This document shows positions 20,166-29,436 of a stretch of DNA of 64,000 nucleotides, piece by piece (position 1 is the first letter of the stretch; every line of letters begins with the position of its first letter). Made by a program: the position numbers and the translations under genes. Source of the stretch: an uncultured cyanobacterium. Lineage in GTDB: Bacteria > Cyanobacteriota > Cyanobacteriia > PCC-9006 > JAAUQQ01. The DNA lies in assembly GCA_963718615.1 (NCBI GenBank), contig OY970368.1, forward strand, positions 1,856,001-1,920,000, read 5' to 3'. Under the pieces are notes generated by a model that did not search any database, was not told the DNA's origin, and saw only the letters and a list, made by a program, of their open reading frames with translations.

Positions 20166-22250
20166 TTAGAGCCAGGTCGATCGCAAGTTGACCAGTTTTT
20201 CGAGGAGGGCGAGGGCTTCGGTGTGGCGCTCATAAAAACGGAGGTTTTGTATCCAGTTTTCGTAGCAAATGGCAAAGTTTTCTCTGATCTGGATCATGTT
20301 GGGATGCTGTAGACCAAGCAGAGGTTCTAGGATTGCCAACGCTTCCACATACAACGGTTCCGTTTCTCCATAACGGCCCTGGGAACGATACAGTTCCGCC
20401 AAGTTATTCAGACCTTGGGCGGTGTCGGGAGGGCGATCGCCCAGTTCCGCTTTCTTGATTTCCAACGCTTCGACCAACAACGGTTCCGCTTCTCCATAAC
20501 GGCCCTGGGAGTCATACAGTGCCGCCAAGTTATTCAGACTACCGGCGGTGTCGGGATGGCGATCGCCCAGTTCCGCTTTCAAGATTTCCAACGCTTCCAC
20601 ATACAACGGTTCCGCTTCACCATAACGGCCCTGGGAACGATACAGTAACGCCAAGTTATTTAGACTGCTGGCGGTGTTAGGATGGCGCTCGCCCAGTTCC
20701 GCTTTCCAGATTTCCAACGCTTCCACATACAACGGTTCCGCTTCAACATAACGGCCCTGGGATTCATACAGTCCCGCCAAGTTATTCAGACTGGTGGCGG
20801 TGTGGGGATGGCGCTCGCCCAGTTCCGCTTTCCAGATTTCCAACGCTTCCACATACAACGGTTCCGCTTCAACATAACGGCCCTGGGAGTCATACAGTCC
20901 CGCCAAGTTATTCAGACTGGTGGCGGTGTCGGGATGGCGATCGCCCAGTGAGCTTTTGCTGATTTCGAGCGATCGCAAATAACACCGCTCTGCCTCAGAC
21001 CACAAGCTCAAACTCTGGTAATACCGAGCTAATCCAGTAGAGCACCAAGCTTTATCCGTTCCCTCCAAAACGCCCGTCCACCGCGCCGCCACCTCCTCCA
21101 AATGGGGCACCGCTGCCGCCACCACCTTCCGAATATCAACCGTTACATCCTGCGGAATCGTCTGAGCAACCCCCACCATCACCTGGGCAAAGGCCCGCTG
21201 CAATTCCTCTGCCCCCTCCTGCTCCGCCAACTTAATCTGCAAAAACTCCCGCACCAGCCCATGCAGCCGATAGACAAACGACCCCGTCTCTAACTCCTCC
21301 CGATTCAACAAACTCCGCTTCACCAACTCCCGATCCAAACAATCCCGAACCACCTCCCCATCCCGCTCCGGTAAACTCGCCACCACCCAATCCGCCTTCA
21401 CCGGAGCCAACGCAAATAACCCCAACAGCATCGCGACCTGCTGCGCCGCCTCATCCAGCGTCTGCCAACTCAGCTCGATCGCCGCCTGCACATTCCGCCC
21501 ATAATCCATCTCCCCCGGCACCTCCACCAACGGCCTCGCCGCCAAAGACTGTCGCTTCAGTTGCTCCAGCACCGCCGCGATCGACCCCGTCCCCTCCGCC
21601 AAATACCGCCCCACCAGCTCAATCCCCAGCGGCAAATAGCCCAGCCACTCACACAGCGCCCGCGCCGCCTCGATCTCAAACCGCCGCTCATCCCCCATGA
21701 GCTCCCGCAACAGCACCAGCGCCGCCTCCGGCTCCAACACCCCCAACGGCAAACACCGCACCGGAGGCTGCATCTGCACCCGCGTCGTCATCAACACCCG
21801 AAACGCCCCCTGGTTGGGCAAAAAGCGCTTCACGTCTCGGTATTCACCCACATCATCCAGCACCAGCAGCTTCCGCCCCGGCCACCGCGCCTCCCAGCGC
21901 CCCAGATAATGCTGGACAATCTGCGCCTCGCTCCAGTCCGTCGGCAGCTCCTCTTTTGCCACCGATCGCTCCACCAACCCCAACACCTCCGTCACCAGCC
22001 GCGCCACCGCCACCCACAAAATCCCACCGGGATAATCCGCTCGATGCTGCTTGACATAGCGCTTCGCCAGCGTCGTCTTGCCCACGCCGCCCATGCCCAC
22101 GGCGGCAATGGCGACGCGATCGCCATTCTCCAAAAGCTTCTGGAGATCAGAGAGTTCCTGGTCACGACCCACAAAGATCGCGCCGTCAAAGTCCTCAGGA
22201 TAAAAATAGGGGGTAGTTAACTTTGGCGGTGCCCCTCCCGCCGAGTCCAG
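20166..22250 (-). CDS. NB-ARC (STAND NTPase) plus kinesin-light-chain-type TPR protein; start uncertain, frame open up to the upstream TGA
   Basis: FVGRDQEL, GMGGVGKTTLA, LLVLDDV, GYLPLG, LHGLV; 42-aa HPDTATSLNNLAGLY..QGRY.EAEPLY repeats. Confidence 0.9.
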   Translation of the reverse strand: MDSAGGAPPKLTTPYFYPEDFDGAIFVGRDQELSDLQKLLENGDRVAIAAVGMGGVGKTTLAKRYVKQHRADYPGGILWVAVARLVTEVLGLVERSVAKEELPTDWSEAQIVQHYLGRWEARWPGRKLLVLDDVGEYRDVKRFLPNQGAFRVLMTTRVQMQPPVRCLPLGVLEPEAALVLLRELMGDERRFEIEAARALCEWLGYLPLGIELVGRYLAEGTGSIAAVLEQLKRQSLAARPLVEVPGEMDYGRNVQAAIELSWQTLDEAAQQVAMLLGLFALAPVKADWVVASLPERDGEVVRDCLDRELVKRSLLNREELETGSFVYRLHGLVREFLQIKLAEQEGAEELQRAFAQVMVGVAQTIPQDVTVDIRKVVAAAVPHLEEVAARWTGVLEGTDKAWCSTGLARYYQSLSLWSEAERCYLRSLEISKSSLGDRHPDTATSLNNLAGLYDSQGRYVEAEPLYVEALEIWKAELGERHPHTATSLNNLAGLYESQGRYVEAEPLYVEALEIWKAELGERHPNTASSLNNLALLYRSQGRYGEAEPLYVEALEILKAELGDRHPDTAGSLNNLAALYDSQGRYGEAEPLLVEALEIKKAELGDRPPDTAQGLNNLAELYRSQGRYGETEPLYVEALAILEPLLGLQHPNMIQIRENFAICYENWIQNLRFYERHTEALALLEKLVNLRSTWL

Positions 22251-22628
22251 TCAAACCTCAAACTTGTCAATTCTGATCGGGTTATAGCCACCCTGAATCA
22301 AAATTCCAATCTTCTCTGCAAGCTGTGTGGTGTTCACCACCGCTCCAAACTGTTGCTGCATTGCTCCTGCCGTTGCATTCACCGCCGCCTCAACCTCCGG
22401 ATCCGCCGCCGCGACCCGCTTGACTTCCTCAATGATCTCCACATCAATTACATTCGGGTCGGGTGCTGCCGCCAAGCGCTTCACCGTTTCTGGAGACTTC
22501 CGCTGCAAAACCGCCATGAGTTGCTGTGCTGAGGCGATCGCCCCTTCCCCCAATTTTTCGCCCACCTTCTCCGTTGCCTTGGTTGCCAACAGCGTAAGCG
22601 CGATCGTTGCCAGCGTGATTGGATCCAT
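22251..22628 (-). CDS. Small helical protein typical of genes upstream of cyanobacterial NLR-like genes (Bell-domain-like)
   Basis: MDP-initiated hydrophobic helix, KATEKVGEKLGE, C-terminal AEKIGILIQGG motif; directly upstream of, and in frame with, NB-ARC-TPR. Confidence 0.6.
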   Translation of the reverse strand: MDPITLATIALTLLATKATEKVGEKLGEGAIASAQQLMAVLQRKSPETVKRLAAAPDPNVIDVEIIEEVKRVAAADPEVEAAVNATAGAMQQQFGAVVNTTQLAEKIGILIQGGYNPIRIDKFEV

Positions 22629-22700
22629 TAATCACCACCCGGAGTAATAACAGCTACACCGATTTTAGCCACGGTCACCCAAAATCGCAGAACCCCAATT

Positions 22701-23375
22701 TCAATCCGCAGCTTCGATCGCCCCCCGCACCCACCCCCGCACCGCCCGCCGCAAAGCCCGTCGCCCTTCAAACCGATAGCGATCAATCAGTGCTGGTAGC
22801 TCCTGAAGCCGCAACTGCGGGAAAATAGCGCTGACAGTCATTTCCTTATACTCGCTTCCCCGCAGCGCATACATCCGCAATTGGCCCAAGTTTTTCCCTT
22901 GTCCCGGCTGATAGCGCCACACCTCCGGCACCCCCAACCGCGCATAGATCGGCAAACGCTCCAACGATTTGCTCGTCAGGTCAATCTCCAGCGCCAAATC
23001 CGGCGGCGGATCCCGCTGCAAATCGAGATCCACCCGTCCCCGCACCACCGCCTCATGCTGAAAATAGAAACAATCATCCGGCTCCAGACCCGCCGCCTGG
23101 GCCTGCTTGCGCCAGGTCGTTGAACCGTAGGATTCATAATCCAGCTCCAGCTCATCGGCCATGTCCTTCACCACATCGCCCATCACCGTCTTGAAATATT
23201 CGTGCTCGGGTAAAGGCGTCATAATTTCCAACGTGCCCGCGTCATAGGCCAACCGACTCGATCGCGACTCCCCCAACTCCGCCAAAATCTCCTCGAAATC
23301 TTGCCAGGAGACATCGTGCAGCAGCAGGCTCTGCCCTGAGGGAACCGTCAGTTGATGGGGAGATAGCATCACCAT
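22701..23375 (-). CDS. Uma2-family endonuclease-like protein
   Basis: VSWQDFE, LAYD.G.LEIM.P..EHE, EPD.CFY, PPDLALEID, YARLGVPEVWRY. Confidence 0.9.
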   Translation of the reverse strand: MVMLSPHQLTVPSGQSLLLHDVSWQDFEEILAELGESRSSRLAYDAGTLEIMTPLPEHEYFKTVMGDVVKDMADELELDYESYGSTTWRKQAQAAGLEPDDCFYFQHEAVVRGRVDLDLQRDPPPDLALEIDLTSKSLERLPIYARLGVPEVWRYQPGQGKNLGQLRMYALRGSEYKEMTVSAIFPQLRLQELPALIDRYRFEGRRALRRAVRGWVRGAIEAAD

Positions 23376-23445
23376 GGCCGCAAACCTCGAAAAGGGCTTT
23401 GTCGCTGCTTTTAGCCTAGCGGATTGGCTGGGGCGATCGCAGCAT

Positions 23446-24186
23446 CTAAACCGCGAATTTACGGTACGCTTCGCTGATTTCTGCGATGGCGGCTTTGTAC
23501 AGCCGCTCACCGTGCTCCGGCGTCGCTAGGGCCGGGTTGGACCCCATCCGACCATCGGGATAATTGCGCCGAAAATCCGCCGCACCGAAAATTCGATGCC
23601 CCTTACCCACCTGGGGATCAAGGGCAACCTGCTTAATCGCTTCAGGATAGACAAACTGCGTCAAGGCCACTTCGCTGGGCGTCGCATGGGATCCCTCCTC
23701 GTCACCGTAGAGTTCTTTGGCCAGCTTGTACACCGACGCCGCCATAAACCAATTCGCCAAATGACACTGCACCTCCTCTGCGCCAGGGATCCGCTGTAAG
23801 GCCAGATAATCATAGGTTTCCGAAAACGCTGCCTTCAGCGTCGCCATGTTGCCACCGTGACCGTTGATAAAGAAAAACCGACGAAATCCAGCTTGAGTTA
23901 AGCCTGTCAAATAGTCCCTGACCAGAAGAATAAGCGTGCTGGGGTGCAGGCTCATGCTTCCTGGAAAAGCCATGTGGTGGAGCGCCATGCCCACATTGAT
24001 CGTGGGGCCGACTAGGGCTCCCGTTTCTTCGCCGACTCCCTTGGCGATCGCCTCCGCACAGATCGCATCGGTACCGATCAGCCCCGTGGGGCCGTGTTGC
24101 TCCGTTGAACCAATGGGCAAAATAATGGTCCGGGAGGTCTGAAGATAGGTCTCTACCTCCATCCAAGTGCTTAGATGTAGCTGCAT
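23446..24186 (-). CDS. Creatininase-family protein
   Basis: PIGSTEQHGP..GTD, NGHGGN, HA...E. Confidence 0.9.
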   Translation of the reverse strand: MQLHLSTWMEVETYLQTSRTIILPIGSTEQHGPTGLIGTDAICAEAIAKGVGEETGALVGPTINVGMALHHMAFPGSMSLHPSTLILLVRDYLTGLTQAGFRRFFFINGHGGNMATLKAAFSETYDYLALQRIPGAEEVQCHLANWFMAASVYKLAKELYGDEEGSHATPSEVALTQFVYPEAIKQVALDPQVGKGHRIFGAADFRRNYPDGRMGSNPALATPEHGERLYKAAIAEISEAYRKFAV

Positions 24187-24370
24187 AGGGTTAAACGTAC
24201 TAGAATGGGCGTAAGTTCCTGGAACTCCCCTAGTTCCTTTTGAAGGTATATTCAGAGGACCCGAGGCAAAGCATATGGACTGTTTCCTTTTGGTTCTTCT
24301 ACCAAGGATCTCTTAAAGATCTGGACAGGCTGATTGCTGCAGGCGTTTTTGCCCTAGGACTGAGGAATAA

Positions 24371-24742
24371 ATGCTACACCGCAAAATTTACCAACTCTGC
24401 TGTGATGAACGCGAAGTCTGGATCTTCCTAAGAGACCAGCAGCGCTGGATCGAGCGGGCGCGCATTCTAGATATTGAAGGGGATCTAGTCACGATTCGCT
24501 ATGAAATGGATGAAGACGACGAAATCTGCTCCTGGGAGGAGCTCGTCCGCCTAGATAGCATCGGTTCGATTAGCCAAAAATTGTCATCGGTGAGCCGCTT
24601 TGGCGGCGAGCCCCTGGTTTCGGACGATTGCCCGGAAGCCGAGCGTCTGCCTGACAGTCGCTCTGATGCTTCCAACAGCGAAGAGACCGCAGAACCCGAG
24701 CGTTTATCGGAACGCCGCCCCGACAGCGCCCCTGAGGCTTAA
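24371..24742 (+). CDS. Conserved cyanobacterial hypothetical protein (DUF6679-like)
   Basis: MLHRKIYQLC...FLRDQQRWIE...SWEE.VRL.SIG; GAGG Shine-Dalgarno upstream. Confidence 0.7.
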   Translation: MLHRKIYQLCCDEREVWIFLRDQQRWIERARILDIEGDLVTIRYEMDEDDEICSWEELVRLDSIGSISQKLSSVSRFGGEPLVSDDCPEAERLPDSRSDASNSEETAEPERLSERRPDSAPEA

Positions 24743-24771
24743 GATCTCCTGATTGCCTACGACAAAGACGG

Positions 24772-24796
24772 GGGACGAACGGCGGTTCGTCCCTAC
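24772..24796 (-). repeat. GTAG-type REP-like palindrome between convergent genes
   Basis: GGGACGAAC-GGCG-GTTCGTCCC followed by TAC; may also act as a terminator. Confidence 0.6.
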
Positions 24797-25638
24797 AGAT
24801 CCTTGGCGCGGAGGAAGGGCAGGATCGCTTCGGTAACTTTTTCATGCCAATCTTCCTGGGGGTAGTGGCCGACCTCCTCTAGTTTTTCCAATGTGCCATC
24901 CTCCAAGGTTTTGACAAAGACTTCTGCTTGCTCTAGGGGAAGCCAAGGATCCCTTGTGCCCCAGGCCAACAGAACTGGCTTTTTCCACTGCTTAAACCCT
25001 TCGCCAATTTCCTGGGTGACGCTGGGGAGCTGGATTTGACCAATGGTGGCCTTGAGGGCGCGCCCCGCTGCTGAACTGGTCAAAAACGGTCGCCGATAGA
25101 CATCTAAATCCTTATCCGCAACTTGATAGCCGCCTCCTCCTTCGAGGGTGCGATCGACCAGCAAGGGATCCTGGGTGATGACATCCCCGAGCATAGGCCA
25201 ACCCATCTGTTTGATCTTGAAGGGGAGCTTGGCCTCTGGGCTAACGGGGGCATTGAGGATCGCGATGCGGTGGATGCGATCGCCATGACGCAGCGCATAC
25301 TGTAACCCCGCTGAACCCAAAAACCCTTGGACCACCAGCGAGACCTTAGACAACTCCATCCCATCAAGCCAATCCCCTAAGGCTGCAACAAATGCATCCG
25401 GCGTATAGGCAAACTCCTGCTTCTCTGGCCAAGCGGATTTCCCCGTGCCGATCCAATCCGGCGCGAGGCAACGAAATCCCTGCTTAGCGACTGCTGGCAT
25501 AATGTTGCGCCAGCTATAGCTCTGGGAAACTAAGCCATGTAAAAAGACGACTGGCGGGCGATCGGAATTTTCGTTGACGGGTAAAACTTCCCGATAAAAC
25601 CAATTCAGCGCACCAATCTGAATAGATTGTTCCGACAT
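24793..25638 (-). CDS. Alpha/beta-fold hydrolase (haloalkane dehalogenase-like)
   Basis: LHG, APDWIG.G.S, WG..DPWL, GHYPQED. Confidence 0.85.
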   Translation of the reverse strand: MSEQSIQIGALNWFYREVLPVNENSDRPPVVFLHGLVSQSYSWRNIMPAVAKQGFRCLAPDWIGTGKSAWPEKQEFAYTPDAFVAALGDWLDGMELSKVSLVVQGFLGSAGLQYALRHGDRIHRIAILNAPVSPEAKLPFKIKQMGWPMLGDVITQDPLLVDRTLEGGGGYQVADKDLDVYRRPFLTSSAAGRALKATIGQIQLPSVTQEIGEGFKQWKKPVLLAWGTRDPWLPLEQAEVFVKTLEDGTLEKLEEVGHYPQEDWHEKVTEAILPFLRAKDL

Positions 25639-26075
25639 GGGATTGCTCCAGGCTGCTCTAGGCTTGTGGGTCTTGAACTTGTAAGAGATTTGTAACGGCT
25701 TTGTATTCCCGTGGTCTTTGCATTATGGCGGAAGATGGGCGTTTCTCCGGAGAGCGATCGCCTCAGCGGCCTAAACCATCGCCCCAGCTCCGCTATGTTG
25801 CTGAGCCCAAACAGGCAGACTGCCTCCGTAGAGCGTGGGAATTTTTAGTTTTATTTTTTACAATTAAAAGACCTCTGAAACGTATCTATACGGAATTTTC
25901 AGAAATTTCTTTTAAAACGTCCGTGTTTTCCGCTTTTCCCTTGAAAGAAGAGGTAAGTGTTTCTACTAGCTCGGCTTTCACGGACTGCAATCAAAAGTTT
26001 CTAAACCTTGGAAACCTTGGAAAATGATTGATTGCCTGGTCTAGATGAGCCCGGTTCCTATTCATCAGGTGACCT

Positions 26076-26537
26076 ATGGTGTGCATGACGCAAAAACCGC
26101 TTTTAACTCAGGCTGTACCGTCTCTAGCCCCGTTCTATGGGCCTTCAAATTTATCCCATTCCTCGGTTTATTCAGCGACCTCTAGTCTCCCGGACCTGAG
26201 TCGCCTGATGGAGGTTTGGGATGAGGGGATGGTGCTCTTTAGTCTCTGCTATGAGGCAACGGAGCTATTTCCGGCTGAGGATGTCAAAACGCTGGTGACA
26301 AAAATTCGGCTTTCTGCCAGTCGCGTTGCGGCTAGCGTTGCGGAGGGCTATGAGCAGCTTCAGTGTGAAGGATTCTCTCGCTGTATCCACTCGGCCCAAG
26401 AAGCCTTGCTGGAGCTGAAGACCTATCTGCATTGCTCCGTCCGGCTCTCGCTGCTAACCCAACCGGCGATTCATCGACTGCTGGCCCAGTGCGAGGTGAT
26501 GGCTAAACAACTTCAAGAACTCCAGGCTACGGCTTGA
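26076..26537 (+). CDS. Four-helix-bundle protein (23S rRNA IVP-like family)
   Basis: L.VW...M.L....Y..T..FP.E...L...IR.SA..V...VAEGY pattern. Confidence 0.75.
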   Translation: MVCMTQKPLLTQAVPSLAPFYGPSNLSHSSVYSATSSLPDLSRLMEVWDEGMVLFSLCYEATELFPAEDVKTLVTKIRLSASRVAASVAEGYEQLQCEGFSRCIHSAQEALLELKTYLHCSVRLSLLTQPAIHRLLAQCEVMAKQLQELQATA

Positions 26538-26604
26538 TGGGGGTTAATTCAGGGACCCGTGAATCGGGTTAGGTGTTGCGTTAGGGCTTGGATGGGAGCT
26601 TGGA

Positions 26605-27465
26605 TTAGATGTTGTAAATAATGAAACCGGCGATCGCATCTAATAACGCCTGGGTTTCATCCGCTCGAATCGCATGGCCACTGTGCTCAAAAATGCGCAG
26701 ATCGGCCCTGGGAATCAGAGCGGCGATTTCTTCGGAAAATTCCGGTGGACAAATCCAATCGTGGCGGCCTCCGATTACCAAGGTGGGGGCCGTTATTTTA
26801 TGGAGCTGATCCCGGATATCGTAGGTGCGCAAAAAGCCCGAGAAGGCAACATTAAGAGCATCTACAGATAAAATGGCTCGCTGCCAGCCTTGGCCTGAAA
26901 CTGTGGGGTTATGGGTGATGGAGTAGAGCGGGGCCAGGAGATCGAAGTATTCCTGGAGATGGGCCTCGTCGCGGAAGCTGCCCTGCCAGAGGTGCTGGGC
27001 GATCGCCTGCTGCTCCGCTGTCCCCCGCTCGGCCAAATTTTGCTTTGCCCGGTCCAAAAACCGCGAATCCGCTACCGTGGCATAAACAATCAGATGGGAA
27101 ACCGCATCGGGGTAGCGGCTGGCGTAGTTCAATGCCACCATGCCGCCGTAGGAGCCGCCAATCACCACGATTTTTTCGAGACCGAGATATTGCCGGAGGG
27201 CTTCTAGATCTTCAACGTTATTCTCTAGGGTGTAGGTTGCTTTGGGTCCTCGGGCCGATCGCCCTTGGCCGCGATGGTCGAGATAAATCAACTGCATGCG
27301 GTCTGCTAGGGGACTAAAGCTGGGTTTATAGCTGGTATGGTCGGCACCGGGTCCACCGTGAAGTAAGACGGCGACGGGCTTTTCGACCATGCGATCGCCC
27401 CGTGCCACGAGTCCTGCGCCTTCGATGTCGAAGTAGAGTTCGGTGTCGCGGAGTTTGGCTTTCAT
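26605..27465 (-). CDS. Proline iminopeptidase-like alpha/beta hydrolase
   Basis: HGGPG, DHRGQGRS, GGSYGG, GRHD, SGH. Confidence 0.85.
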   Translation of the reverse strand: MKAKLRDTELYFDIEGAGLVARGDRMVEKPVAVLLHGGPGADHTSYKPSFSPLADRMQLIYLDHRGQGRSARGPKATYTLENNVEDLEALRQYLGLEKIVVIGGSYGGMVALNYASRYPDAVSHLIVYATVADSRFLDRAKQNLAERGTAEQQAIAQHLWQGSFRDEAHLQEYFDLLAPLYSITHNPTVSGQGWQRAILSVDALNVAFSGFLRTYDIRDQLHKITAPTLVIGGRHDWICPPEFSEEIAALIPRADLRIFEHSGHAIRADETQALLDAIAGFIIYNI

Positions 27466-27517
27466 GGGGAAGGAGTTATGAGGTGATGGGGACTAACTTG
27501 GGGGTGAGGCTAGCTGA

Positions 27518-28243
27518 CTAATGGGGCTTGGCGGTTTGGCGGGTCCAGAGGGCTAGGCCACCGCCCCGTCCTCGGGCGGCGATCGCCTCGGGGGTTACCC
27601 AGAAGTAGCTAAAAAAGGCTTGGGTTTTGAGAAATTGGGGCTGGGTGCAGGTGGCTTCAAAGCGTTGGCGGCGAGTTGGGGTTTTGTCGGTTGTATTGGG
27701 GCGGGTTGGACCTTGGCGGATCGGGCCTTGGCGGATCGGGCCTTGGTAGAGGGTGCGATCGCCCCAGCTCAAGTTCAATTCGGTAAAGTCAAAGGCGAGA
27801 ATGCGTTGCCGAAGGAAAAAGGCCGTGGGGCCAGTGAGGGTGAGCCGCAATGCGCCGAAGGCGACTTGGTTCGCTACTTCGCCTCGGGTTACAGGTTGGG
27901 GGGTGGGCTCCTCTAAATCGGCAGAATCGGTCGAATCGGCAGAATGGGCAGAATCGCTAGGCTCTAAGGCTCGATAACTCAGCGTAATCTTGAGCCAGTG
28001 GGGCAGCCAGCGTCCGGCTCCGAGGATGATTCCGGCTTGTTGACGCGATCGCTTTGTCCCCGTGATCAACCGCAGCTGCCAGTCCCCCAGCAAATCGGCA
28101 AAGGCAATCGAGGGGTGGGTTTGTTTGGCGACTTTTTCTTGCGCGAGCAGGGCCGCGACGAGGGATTCGGGGGTGGGGCGATCGCGTGAGGGGCGTTGAG
28201 CCAAATCCTGTAGAACAGTGAAGTCATCCATGGGGTTGGTCAT
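27518..28243 (-). CDS. Conserved cyanobacterial hypothetical protein (fibrillin/PAP-like)
   Basis: LLG.W.L..ITG, LAFDF, AFF..F....IAARGRGGGLALW. Confidence 0.6.
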   Translation of the reverse strand: MTNPMDDFTVLQDLAQRPSRDRPTPESLVAALLAQEKVAKQTHPSIAFADLLGDWQLRLITGTKRSRQQAGIILGAGRWLPHWLKITLSYRALEPSDSAHSADSTDSADLEEPTPQPVTRGEVANQVAFGALRLTLTGPTAFFLRQRILAFDFTELNLSWGDRTLYQGPIRQGPIRQGPTRPNTTDKTPTRRQRFEATCTQPQFLKTQAFFSYFWVTPEAIAARGRGGGLALWTRQTAKPH

Positions 28244-28343
28244 TGTGGTTGCGTCTCTGTTTTTGTCAAATCTTTTGTCTCAAAGACCGAACGAGAAGAA
28301 AACCTAATGATAGGGTTGAGAAGCAACGCCAATCGTTTTCACC

Positions 28344-28949
28344 ATGTCTGCTGATCTTCAAGACACCCCCTCGGATTACCCCTCGGATTACCCTTCAAAT
28401 CAAGAGTTTCCCTCGGAACCTCCGCCCCAACCGGGCTTTTTGGCAAAAGTTCGTTCGTTGTTTACGGTCCTCTTGCTGATGGGGCTAAGCGCTGGCGTGG
28501 GCTATGGCGTGGGCTATGTGCAGCAGCGAGCCACCCTAGGTCAACAGGCCAAACGCCATGCCACCGAATTAGAAAGCGTCACCGAACAGCTCACCACTGC
28601 CCAAGCCGCTGCCCGGTTAGCTCAGACCCAGGGCTCCTTGATGGAAGCTCGGGCACTCTTGTTTCAGAGTGTCTATGAGCTAGACCAGCAAAACTTTGGC
28701 AATGCCAACAGTCTGTTGCGTCAAGCCAGCGAGACGGTAACCAGCGTCGAGTACAGCAAGGACGAGCAGACCCTGGCGGCGGTGAAAGAAGAATTATCCA
28801 CAGCGGAAATCAACTTTGCCACCAACCCAGCCGAGCAACGCAAGCGGATGCTAGCCTTCGCCGATCAGCTCAGGGTTTTGGTGCCCGACTCCCTGCCGGA
28901 GGACTCTCCCCCAGCATCACCAGCCCCCACCGCTGCCCCCCAACCGTAG
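28344..28949 (+). CDS. Hypothetical single-pass membrane protein
   Basis: One TM helix, then a coiled-coil/helical region. Confidence 0.6.
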   Translation: MSADLQDTPSDYPSDYPSNQEFPSEPPPQPGFLAKVRSLFTVLLLMGLSAGVGYGVGYVQQRATLGQQAKRHATELESVTEQLTTAQAAARLAQTQGSLMEARALLFQSVYELDQQNFGNANSLLRQASETVTSVEYSKDEQTLAAVKEELSTAEINFATNPAEQRKRMLAFADQLRVLVPDSLPEDSPPASPAPTAAPQP

Positions 28950-29106
28950 GCTGGCGTTGAGCGTAGCGAAACCCAGATTTGCCTGGATGGGCGTGTCTTC
29001 AGGCGATCGCCCCTTCCCTTGCGCTTAAAAAACTTCAAAAATTGTATTGATTAACTCAACTTCTGTGCTAACCTAGCAAAGGCGAAGGGCGATTTGCCCC
29101 TCCCAA

Positions 29107-29178
29107 GGGTTGCTAGCTCAGCGGTAGAGCACTCGGCTTTTAACCGATTGGTCCTGGGTTCGAATCCCAGGCGACCCA
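29107..29178 (+). tRNA. trnK: tRNA-Lys (anticodon TTT)
   Basis: GGGTTGC/GCGACCC acceptor stem, D-arm AGCTCAGCGGTAGAGC, anticodon loop CT-TTT-AA, T-loop GTTCGAATC; CCA not encoded. Confidence 0.97.
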
Positions 29179-29436
29179 TAATTACAATCAGCAAAAGATC
29201 AAGCAAGCAAATAATTAAGCGGATCTTTGAAGTGGGGGGATGGCATTGCTATCCCCCTGCAGTCTTTGGAAAAGGCTTTGGACAGAAAATGGGGGAACAA
29301 TCCTTGGAAATGACGGAGGCGATCGCCGTTTCCCTAGGAATAATTTACTAGTGCTAGCTCTTCCCTTAAGATTAGTGACAGAGTCTTAAACATAAGTTTG
29401 CTGAAGGCAACGTAATCTCCTAGGAGGACCTATCTT

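Noticed and set aside
19098-20276. Repeat pair as a DGR template/variable region
   Set aside because: Differences are not confined to adenines and no reverse transcriptase is nearby.
25679-25698. TTGTAA-N5-TTGTAA as an RpaB HLR1 site
   Set aside because: Half-sites are 11 bp apart rather than 10; too weak to call.
26076-26537. Four-helix-bundle gene as the Avd of a diversity-generating retroelement
   Set aside because: No reverse transcriptase or template/variable repeat pair in the window.
29094-29351. 85-aa ORF
   Set aside because: Overlaps tRNA-Lys; spurious.
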